Source: Kofleriaceae bacterium (GTDB taxonomy: Bacteria; Myxococcota_A; Polyangia; Haliangiales; Haliangiaceae). Taken from it: 13,266 nucleotides of DNA. Below the pieces are notes generated by a model, which made no database searches, was not told the DNA's origin, and worked only from the letters and a program-made list of their open reading frames with translations. The stretch lies in assembly GCA_965215005.1 (NCBI GenBank), contig CBDCCZ010000026.1, forward strand, positions 1-13,266. Direction: 5' to 3'. This document shows, piece after piece, positions 1 to 13,266 of the stretch; positions within the stretch are counted from its first letter, which is position 1; each line of letters opens with the position of its first letter. The position numbers and the translations under genes are program-made.

Positions 1-2523
<2,523 letters not shown>

Positions 2524-2537
2524 CTACTTTCGATACG

Positions 2538-2567
2538 TTGACGGCTCGTTTTGCAGCGGGCTAGACT
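2538..2567 (+). promoter_or_regulatory. sigma70-type promoter for the FHA gene pair
   Basis: TTGACG (2538-2543), 18-nt spacer, TAGACT (2562-2567), in the short spacer between the HEAT gene stop and the ATG at 2576. Confidence 0.6.
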
Positions 2568-2575
2568 GGCCGCGC

Positions 2576-3541
2576 ATGGACGTCGGCCTGGTCTGCGACA
2601 CGTGCAGCGCGTTTAGCGTAATGGGCGCCAAGTCATGCCCCCGCTGCGGCGCGGCACTCAGTTTGGATGAAGCGCCCTCCAGCGCCGCGTCCGCGCGCGC
2701 CGAGGCACCCGAACAATGCCGGCAATGTTGGGCTCCGCTCATTCCCGGTCACAAATTTTGCGGCGAGTGCGGCGCGCGGGTCGATGCCACCAGCGACAGC
2801 TTACGCGCCGAGACCGCCACCGCGGTGCGGCCAGTGCCGCCGGCCCACCCGCCGCGTAGCTCCGCAGGTCGCCAGACGCTGTTCTTTGGCGCCATGCAGG
2901 CCACCCGAGCCAAGCTCGTGCTCATCAAGGGCGATGGCCTCGACGGGATTTCGTTCACCCTCGCCGGCGAAGATCACGTGGCCGGCCGTGGCGGCGAGGC
3001 GGCGCTGCGCTTCGAAGAAGACCCGTTCCTATCGCTCGAACACGCCAATTTCTACTACCGCGACAGCCGGCTGCACGTGCGCGACGAGCGCTCGGTAAAC
3101 GGCGTCTACATCCGTCTGCACGGCAGCCAGATCATCGACTACGGGGCCCGATTCCTGGTGGGGGAGCAGCTGCTCGAGGTGCAAGCCGCCTCCGCGCAAA
3201 ACGACGAGCCGGTGCGCGATGGCACCTACTTCTTCGCCAGCCCCCGCCGACCGTCGTTGTTTCGCATCGTGCAAGGCTTGCGCGGTGGCAGTACCGGGCT
3301 TGCGTATCGCGCCGACAGCGATGTGGTGAGCCTGGGCCGCGATGGCAACGACATCAACTTCCCAGACGACCCGTTCATCTCGGGACATCATGCGCAAGTC
3401 TCGAGCGAGAACCGGTACATTCGTCTCACCGATCTCGGCTCCAAGAACGGCACGTTTTTGCGCGTGAACGGCGAGCGTGAGCTGGTTCACGGCGACTATG
3501 TCTTCATCGGCCAACAGCTCCTACGCGTGGAGATCGTATAG
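2576..3541 (+). CDS. Double zinc-ribbon + tandem FHA domain protein (paralog 1, ~321 aa)
   Basis: Start placed at ATG 2576 because the ORF-track start 2417 overlaps the HEAT gene. Zinc ribbons CDTC...CPRC and CRQC...CGEC. Two FHA domains with the GR / SxxH / NG signatures: AGR..SLEH..SVNGV and LGR..SGHH..DLGSKNGT. Confidence 0.88.
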   Translation: MDVGLVCDTCSAFSVMGAKSCPRCGAALSLDEAPSSAASARAEAPEQCRQCWAPLIPGHKFCGECGARVDATSDSLRAETATAVRPVPPAHPPRSSAGRQTLFFGAMQATRAKLVLIKGDGLDGISFTLAGEDHVAGRGGEAALRFEEDPFLSLEHANFYYRDSRLHVRDERSVNGVYIRLHGSQIIDYGARFLVGEQLLEVQAASAQNDEPVRDGTYFFASPRRPSLFRIVQGLRGGSTGLAYRADSDVVSLGRDGNDINFPDDPFISGHHAQVSSENRYIRLTDLGSKNGTFLRVNGERELVHGDYVFIGQQLLRVEIV

Positions 3542-3580
3542 GATGTCCGGCCACCGTTTTAGCCATTGGGAGAGCCTGCG

Positions 3581-4798
3581 ATGATCGTTTGCCAACGCTG
3601 CGGAAAAGAGAATCAGGACCACTACAAGTTCTGTCTCGGCTGCGGTGCAGAGCTCACGCCGCCCGCCAGACATGGTGGCGAGAAGGGCCACGACGTGGCC
3701 ATGATGAAGACGATGATGGCGGATCTGGGTGGCCAACCAGCGCCGACGCCGCCCGGTGGCACCGGTGTCGAGAAGCCGCTGCCAGGCATGGGAGCGCCGC
3801 CGGCTGCTCGGCCGCCGGCCGCGCAAGGCGTCGCGTCCGGGCAAGGCGTCGCGGGTGCGCAGAGCGCCAGCGGCGCACCGCAAGCGATCACCTCCAGCCC
3901 CAGCCGACCGCAACCGATCATGCCCAGTGCCAGCCGCGGACCGGCGCCCGAACTCGCTGGCGAGGGCTCGCTCGGCGACACGCCCGGGACCAATCCCGGC
4001 GCCGGCTCGAGCGACCTGGCGGCAGCACCGCGATCGTGCCCGAGCTGCGACAACGCCGTGCCAGCTGGATTTCGCTTTTGCGGCGCTTGCGGCACCCGCG
4101 TCGATGAAGAGCCTGTTGCGGCGCCAAGACAGACCGCCGAGCTCGTTCGTGAGGCGGCGACAGCGAGCCACCGCGGCACGCTCACCTTGATTCGCCCCGA
4201 CGGCAGCGAAGGCGGCGTGCATGCGCTCGAAGAGGAAGAAACCCATATCGGGCGCAATCACGGCACGCTGTTCGAGAACGACGGCTACCTCTCGCCCACG
4301 CACGCAGAGATCATCATCAATCCCGGCGGCGCCGTGGTTCGCGATCTCGATAGCCTCAACGGCGTGTTCGTGAAGATGGTCGACGAGGAAGAGCTGGAGC
4401 CGGGGCAGATCATCCGCATCGGTCAGGAGCTCCTGCGGTTCGACCTCATCGAGCCTCCAGAGCCTCTCGAGGACGGCACCGAGATCATGGGCAGCCCCAA
4501 TCCTGGGTACTGGGGCAAGATCACCGTCATCATCGGCAATGGTGTCGACGGCTCCGCCTACCCGCTGCTTGGCGACAGCGTTACCCTCGGTCGCGAACGC
4601 GGCGAGATCAACTTCCCCGACGACGGGTACGTCTCGGGGCTGCACGCCCGGCTGGCGGCGCGCGACGGCAAAGTCTTCCTCAGCGATCTAGGCAGCTCCA
4701 ACGGCACCTTTATCAAGGTGCAAGGCGAACGCGAGCTGTGGCACGACTCGTACGTTCTCCTCGGGCAGCAGCTGTTCCGTCTCGATCTCACCGCCTGA
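3581..4798 (+). CDS. Double zinc-ribbon + tandem FHA domain protein (paralog 2, ~405 aa)
   Basis: ATG 3581 preceded by GGAGAG (SD-like). Zinc ribbons CQRC...CLGC and CPSC...CGAC, separated by a Pro/Ala/Gly-rich linker. Two FHA domains: IGR..SPTH..DLDSLNGV and LGR..SGLH..DLGSSNGT. Confidence 0.9.
   Translation: MIVCQRCGKENQDHYKFCLGCGAELTPPARHGGEKGHDVAMMKTMMADLGGQPAPTPPGGTGVEKPLPGMGAPPAARPPAAQGVASGQGVAGAQSASGAPQAITSSPSRPQPIMPSASRGPAPELAGEGSLGDTPGTNPGAGSSDLAAAPRSCPSCDNAVPAGFRFCGACGTRVDEEPVAAPRQTAELVREAATASHRGTLTLIRPDGSEGGVHALEEEETHIGRNHGTLFENDGYLSPTHAEIIINPGGAVVRDLDSLNGVFVKMVDEEELEPGQIIRIGQELLRFDLIEPPEPLEDGTEIMGSPNPGYWGKITVIIGNGVDGSAYPLLGDSVTLGRERGEINFPDDGYVSGLHARLAARDGKVFLSDLGSSNGTFIKVQGERELWHDSYVLLGQQLFRLDLTA
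3823..3853 (+). repeat. Intragenic direct repeat GCAAGGCGTCGCG x2 (18-nt period)
   Basis: Copies at 3823-3835 and 3841-3853 encode QGVA-SG-QGVA in the low-complexity linker. Confidence 0.7.
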
Positions 4799-4964
4799 GC
4801 CGCTGTTAGCGCTGTGAAATCGGTGAGGCGGGACGTGTTCGCCCAGAGCCGGCAAGAGCCCTCATTGTCGCTGCCAGAGCCCCTAACGCCCTCGTGGTCA
4901 TTGCTCTTCGAGCAGGTCCTGGCTCACGCCGTGAACAACGAGGCGGTGGCCGGCGAGCGCGCTG

Positions 4965-5360
4965 CTATTCGTCGGTTGTGAGATCGTCGACCGACAGCTT
5001 GCGCTGCTCGGGATCGATGTAGGTCCACTTCGTCGGCAGCTTGGCCTCGCCGGCGCCACCGAATACCAACGTCACCTCGACCTCGTCGCCAACCTCGCCG
5101 CCCGGCACCTCGACCTTGAGCTCGTGATCGCCATCGATCTGCAACACCTTGGCGCGGCTGTTGCCGAAGTACACCGCGACATCCTTGCCTGCCGCTTCGA
5201 AACCGTTGCCGAAAATGGTGACGACCTCACCACCGTAAAACGATCCCTGGTTGCGGCTCATGCCTTTGACCTTGAGACCTTTGTCTTCCGCGCACCCGCC
5301 GAGAAACAGCGAGAGGGCCAAGAATGTAGCTACAGCAAAACGAGTAAAAACGTGTCGCAT
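4965..5360 (-). CDS. IPT/TIG-domain lipoprotein (~131 aa)
   Basis: ATG 5360 with GGAG SD upstream. Signal peptide MRHVFTRFAVATFLALSLFLGG-C with lipobox LGGC. IPT/TIG-like pattern GSFYGGEVVTIFGNGF..VAVYFG..LKVEVP..WTY. Confidence 0.75.
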   Translation of the reverse strand: MRHVFTRFAVATFLALSLFLGGCAEDKGLKVKGMSRNQGSFYGGEVVTIFGNGFEAAGKDVAVYFGNSRAKVLQIDGDHELKVEVPGGEVGDEVEVTLVFGGAGEAKLPTKWTYIDPEQRKLSVDDLTTDE

Positions 5361-5445
5361 GGCGGTCTCCGGGGAAGCCCAACGGTAGCGCGGTTGCTGC
5401 GTCGGCCGCAAGCTCCGCCCCGAAGACCACAGCGCCATCGAGCCG

Positions 5446-6795
<1,350 letters not shown>

Positions 6796-7065
6796 CGTTT
6801 CTTCCTGGCTTCAGAGGGAACATCGCGCGCGGGGCGAGCCACGCCGCGCCTTCTCAGTGAGACGCACAGGATCCGGAAAGGTTTGCCGCATTCCGCGGCG
6901 CCGGGTCAGGGCGTTGCAGCTACTACCGAGAAGCGGGCTCGGCTATTTCACCGCAGTGCGTTTTGTGCCGCTGGCGGCGGTGATGCGACGGTTTTTTTCG
7001 CGTGCCGCGCCGGAGCCGTGACGAGCCTCTCGCTCGCCCCGTCAATCGGGCAGGTGCAGCGGCTC

Positions 7066-7093
7066 GTGGTTCACGGCGGAAGTCGTGAACCGC
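7066..7093. terminator. Stem-loop abutting the methyltransferase stop (possible terminator or processing hairpin)
   Basis: GTGGTTCACGGC-GGAA-GTCGTGAACCGC inverted repeat; no U-tract on the minus strand. Confidence 0.4.
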
Positions 7094-8982
7094 TAGCTCT
7101 CGGTGGCCGCGCGCTCGTCACGCGCCGCGCGTTTTTCCGCAAGCACGATGATCGAGCGCGATTGAGCGCCGAAGAAACGTCCCCGCGTCGACATGCTGCC
7201 CGAGATCTCGAGCACTCGAAACCCCGCGGCATGCAGCAGCTTGCCGAGCTCGTGCAGCGAGTAGGAGCGCAGCGAGATCTCCTGTTCGAGCTGCCGGCCA
7301 TCGTCGAAGACCACCGAGCGGCTCGAGACGATGCGCGAGGAGAAGTAGTTGAACTCGACCTCTTCGAGGACCACGCAACCGTCGCCTTCCCACCACACCC
7401 GCGACGGCAAATCCGCGATGAGATAGTCGCGGTTGAGCACCTCGACCACGAAGCGTCCGCCGGGTTGCAAGGCCCGCGCGATCCCCTGCGCGGCTTTCTT
7501 GTTGGTCTCGTCGTCGAAGTAGCCGAACGTGGAGAACAGGCAGTATGCGCCGTCGAACTGCGCTTCAAAGCCGAGCTCGCGCATGTCGCCGTGCACGAAG
7601 TTGATGTTGAGACCGCGACGCTGAGCTTCATCGGCACCGCGGAGCAGCAACGGCAAAGACGAATCGAGAGCGGCGACGTGATAGCCACGCGCGGCCAGCT
7701 CCATGGCGTGACGGCCGTAGCCGCAGCCGACGTCGAGCACCTGGCCGCCGGCCTCGAGCTCGAGCGAGTCACACACGAAGCGAGCCTCTGCCTGCGTGGC
7801 TTTGGGAGTGAGAAACGGCAGGGTTCGGAGATAGTCTTCATCGAAGACCTCCTCGAACCAGGGCTTGGACTTACGCCGCCGACCTGCGACCTCACCGGGG
7901 CTCGCGACCTCGCGAAGCGGCGCGGCCTTGGGCGCGGGCGGAGGCTTGCTAGGCGACAAGCGCGGCTCGCGCGCACCGGTTGCTGCACCAGGCATGGGCG
8001 GTGGTGACGACGGCAGCGCCTCATCGACCTCTTCGATCAAATCATCGGCGATGATCTCGCCGCTGTCCCCGGCATCGGCCGGCTCGACGCGTTCCGAAGG
8101 CTCCTCCCTCGCCGACTGCTCGAGCGCTTCTTCGACCGCAGCAACCGCCGCCGGCACCGCGGCAATCGGGGGCGCAGCGGCCTCTGGAGGCTCACCAGAA
8201 GGTGCTTGCCACGGCTCCCTCACCTCGGCTGCCTCGTCGTCGTAGCCGTAGGCCTCGTATTCTTCGTGGTCGAAGGGCTCGGCCGTGCCGGTGCCGCCGC
8301 CAGCTTCGTCGGCGCCCGAGGGCTGGCGGGCCCGGCCGCGAAACGCCTCATATCGACGCAGCGCTCCATGATCGTCATCGCGCAGCTCTTCGAGGTCATC
8401 GTCGGACAACACCACCGTGGCGGCGCGTGTGACCCGCACTGGCGTGACCGGCGTGGTCTCAAGCTCGTGCTCTAGCGCCTCGAAGTCGTCGTTGGCATCG
8501 GCATCGGCATCGGCATCGGGGAGCTCCTCTTCGATCGAGACCTCCACCGACTCGGCTCGCGGCGCCGTACGCGGTTCGGCGTCGCCGTTCTCGTAGCCGT
8601 CGCGAACACGGAACTCGCCGCTGCGAGAGTGGGCGTCGTCGTCGCCGATATCGAAGTTGACCGAGGGCATCCGCTGGGTCGGTCGCGTGTCGATCTCGCC
8701 GCTGCCGAGCGGCGGCAAGGCGACCTCCTCGCTCATCGAGCTCGCGCGTTGCGAGCCGTCAGCGGTGACCGCGACCTCGGTCTCGGACGCAAAGCGGTAC
8801 GCGACCGACACCGCCAGGTCGGTGTCGTCAGCGGCGGGCGCACCAACGTCGGCATCGGCCCGACGCGGCACGTTGTCGGAGGGAACGCGCAAACCGGTGC
8901 GTTTGCGCCTCCGACGCCGTTTTCCCCCGGCCTCCCCTGGAGCCGCTTCGTCCAGAAGATCTTTGTCGGCCTCTTTGCTCAA
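7093..8982 (-). CDS. Class I SAM-dependent methyltransferase with a long disordered N-terminal extension
   Basis: C-terminal ~255 aa: motif I VLDVGCGYGRH, VAALDSS, FVHGDMREL, FDGAYCLFSTFGYF, LQPGGRFVV. N-terminal ~370 aa are low-complexity, rich in D/E/A/P. The start (TTG 8982) is uncertain. Confidence 0.88.
   Translation of the reverse strand: MSKEADKDLLDEAAPGEAGGKRRRRRKRTGLRVPSDNVPRRADADVGAPAADDTDLAVSVAYRFASETEVAVTADGSQRASSMSEEVALPPLGSGEIDTRPTQRMPSVNFDIGDDDAHSRSGEFRVRDGYENGDAEPRTAPRAESVEVSIEEELPDADADADANDDFEALEHELETTPVTPVRVTRAATVVLSDDDLEELRDDDHGALRRYEAFRGRARQPSGADEAGGGTGTAEPFDHEEYEAYGYDDEAAEVREPWQAPSGEPPEAAAPPIAAVPAAVAAVEEALEQSAREEPSERVEPADAGDSGEIIADDLIEEVDEALPSSPPPMPGAATGAREPRLSPSKPPPAPKAAPLREVASPGEVAGRRRKSKPWFEEVFDEDYLRTLPFLTPKATQAEARFVCDSLELEAGGQVLDVGCGYGRHAMELAARGYHVAALDSSLPLLLRGADEAQRRGLNINFVHGDMRELGFEAQFDGAYCLFSTFGYFDDETNKKAAQGIARALQPGGRFVVEVLNRDYLIADLPSRVWWEGDGCVVLEEVEFNYFSSRIVSSRSVVFDDGRQLEQEISLRSYSLHELGKLLHAAGFRVLEISGSMSTRGRFFGAQSRSIIVLAEKRAARDERAATES
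8494..8517. repeat. In-frame hexamer microsatellite (GGCATC)x4
   Basis: Four perfect copies; they encode DADADADA on the minus strand. Confidence 0.85.
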
Positions 8983-8997
8983 ACGCCCAACTCTGCC

Positions 8998-9891
8998 CTA
9001 GCCGTCTGCTTTGGTTCCATAGTCGCCGATGGCGGCCGCAATGCGCTGCCCAAATTGCACGATCGCCCCCGGCGCTAGCGTATCAAGGTCGACCCGCCCC
9101 GGTGCAAACACAACCACCACGGTAGAGCCCAGGTAAAATGCACCGAGCTCGTCGCCGGCAGCCACCGACACCGCGGCGGATGGCCCTACATCAGCGACCA
9201 ACCGCGCTCGACGCAGGCGCGCGGTCTGCTGATCCGAATGTGCCAGCCACAGATTTCCCACCCCGGAGGCTGCCACCATGACCAGCGCATATTCGCCCAC
9301 CTCCGAGTCGCAAAACTCCAGCACGACGCGCTCGTTGCGCGCGAACAAGTCATCAATGTGGTCGGCGACGAGCGGATTCACCGGCATGAGCGAGCCAGGA
9401 ATCCAGCGCGCACTCTTGAGGGTGCCCGCAACCGGAGCATGGACCCGGTGATAATCCTTGGGCGAGAGGTAGATGGTCAGGTACGTGCCACCGCGCAGAC
9501 GGGCGGCGAGCGAGTCGTCGGCGACGAGCGCAGCGAGCGAGTAGCTGCGCCCTTTTGCTTGTACCAGCGCGTCTTCTCGCGCGGTGCCCACCGCCGCCAC
9601 CACGCCATCGCAAGGCGCGATGACGGCTCCCGGCTCCGCGTCAACGGTGCGGGTTTCGGGGCGCAGCCGGCGAGCGAAGAAGGTGCCGAACGAAGGATAA
9701 TCGGCGAGCGGTAGCTCGACCTCATCGAGCCGCGCGCCGACCATGCGCGCAAAGCCACTATAAAGGAGCGTGCGAAGCGGCTTCGGCAGCGTTCGACGCG
9801 CGCTCCAACCGACCACGCCGGAATACAGCGCCTCGGGCAGCAAGCGAACCACCCCGACGGCGAGGCGCTCGCGTATGGCGGTGAGATTCAC
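8998..9891 (-). CDS. psd: Phosphatidylserine decarboxylase proenzyme (~297 aa)
   Basis: FFARRLRP, IAPCDG (catalytic Asp), QAKGRSYSL, IYLSPKDYHRVHAP (catalytic His), ARNERVV and the autocleavage motif LGST. Start set at GTG 9891 because the ORF-track start 10047 lies upstream of the predicted promoter. Confidence 0.93.
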   Translation of the reverse strand: MNLTAIRERLAVGVVRLLPEALYSGVVGWSARRTLPKPLRTLLYSGFARMVGARLDEVELPLADYPSFGTFFARRLRPETRTVDAEPGAVIAPCDGVVAAVGTAREDALVQAKGRSYSLAALVADDSLAARLRGGTYLTIYLSPKDYHRVHAPVAGTLKSARWIPGSLMPVNPLVADHIDDLFARNERVVLEFCDSEVGEYALVMVAASGVGNLWLAHSDQQTARLRRARLVADVGPSAAVSVAAGDELGAFYLGSTVVVVFAPGRVDLDTLAPGAIVQFGQRIAAAIGDYGTKADG

Positions 9892-9938
9892 TCCTGTTCG
9901 TCCGAATTCGCCGCCCGGGGCCTGGGCGAGGCCGCACC

Positions 9939-9967
9939 AGTATAGAAAACCCGCGTGAAAAGAACAA
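9939..9967 (-). promoter_or_regulatory. sigma70-type promoter for psd and the methyltransferase
   Basis: Minus strand TTGTTC (9967-9962), 17-nt spacer, TATACT (9944-9939), in a locally AT-rich patch. Confidence 0.6.
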
Positions 9968-10004
9968 CATGCGCCTGCGCAGGAGTCGCAGGAAGCGCGA
10001 ATCG

Positions 10005-10284
10005 GCTGCGAGGTTGCGCAAGCACCCTCGCAGCGGCGTGAGAGCACGGCAACCGCCGGCCCGGAAAGTACGGCTCCGGCCGCGTGGAGCTGCTGCCGAA
10101 CCGGCTCTCGTCCGACCCCATTTCTGGAGGCGGAGCGAGAGCCGCTGCTCTAGTCTCCGTTTCCGCGTCTCCGTGAGCGACCAGGCTTTCTAGCGAGTCA
10201 TGAAACTCCGCCGTGACCCGCTACGACGACACCGCGAAAGCCCTACGCAGAGCTCGGCGGCCCCGCGGCGGGCCGCCGCGGAGC
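10005..10284 (-). ncRNA. Candidate structured RNA / glnA 3'UTR element (unassigned)
   Basis: At least five stems found by eye, including a three-way junction (10041-10151) and a GAAA-capped hairpin. G-U pairs mostly favour the minus strand. I do not recognise a known family. Confidence 0.3.
10255..10278 (-). terminator. GC-rich hairpin immediately after the glnA stop
   Basis: CGGCGGCCC / GGGCCGCCG 9-bp stem with a 6-nt loop, 7 nt past the stop; no U-tract. Confidence 0.4.
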
Positions 10285-10285
10285 A

Positions 10286-11698
<1,413 letters not shown>

Positions 11699-11782
11699 CG
11701 TCTGACCTTTCCTGATGGGAGCACGCCGGCAGAACGCCGGCAGCAGAGTGTGGGATGGAGTACTGGCGGCATCCGTGAATCG

Positions 11783-13266
<1,484 letters not shown>

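Noticed and set aside
3539..3581. The two FHA genes are in the same frame
   Set aside because: A second in-frame TAG (3560-3562) intervenes and paralog 2 has its own SD.
3521..4645. 374-aa minus-strand ORF
   Set aside because: Antisense shadow of the second FHA gene.
4799..4964. Convergent intergenic region with AGAGCC x3 and a small TGCTC/GAGCA hairpin
   Set aside because: Irregular spacing, too short for CRISPR or REP, and no U-tract terminator.
6866..6890. CAGGATCCGGAAAGG resembles the SRP RNA domain IV motif
   Set aside because: Lacks the following AGCAG element and the long flanking helix.
6883..8007. 374-aa plus-strand ORF (and the 317-aa alternative-frame ORF 7071-8024)
   Set aside because: Shadow ORFs over the methyltransferase; expected in high-GC DNA and without recognisable motifs.
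9892..10047. Cys-rich N-terminal extension of Psd in the ORF track
   Set aside because: Runs through the predicted promoter and hairpins; not Psd-like.

Overview
Gene-dense, very GC-rich bacterial chromosomal segment. The large TPR/HEAT protein, the zinc-ribbon/FHA proteins and the membrane Ser/Thr kinase suggest Myxococcota (inference only). Plus strand: a 5'-truncated TPR+HEAT protein and two tandem paralogous proteins, each with two zinc ribbons and two FHA domains. Minus strand, in transcription order: a truncated Hanks-type membrane Ser/Thr kinase, PII (glnB), glutamine synthetase I (glnA), a ~280-nt structured intergenic region, phosphatidylserine decarboxylase, a SAM methyltransferase with a ~370-aa disordered N-terminal extension, a group-2-like sigma70 factor and an IPT/TIG lipoprotein. 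I see no mobile element, CRISPR array, tRNA or rRNA. Best leads: (i) a PII with Thr at the normally conserved Gln39 and Ser at 49, encoded just downstream of a Ser/Thr kinase and near four intact FHA domains, which suggests phosphorylation-based nitrogen control; (ii) a multi-stem candidate ncRNA or 3'UTR element after glnA; (iii) an 11-bp-period, GlnR-box-like repeat upstream of glnB; (iv) a sigma factor with a natural Q437H-equivalent change; (v) psd and the methyltransferase in one frame, separated by a single TAG. All functional interpretations are hypotheses from reading the sequence by eye.
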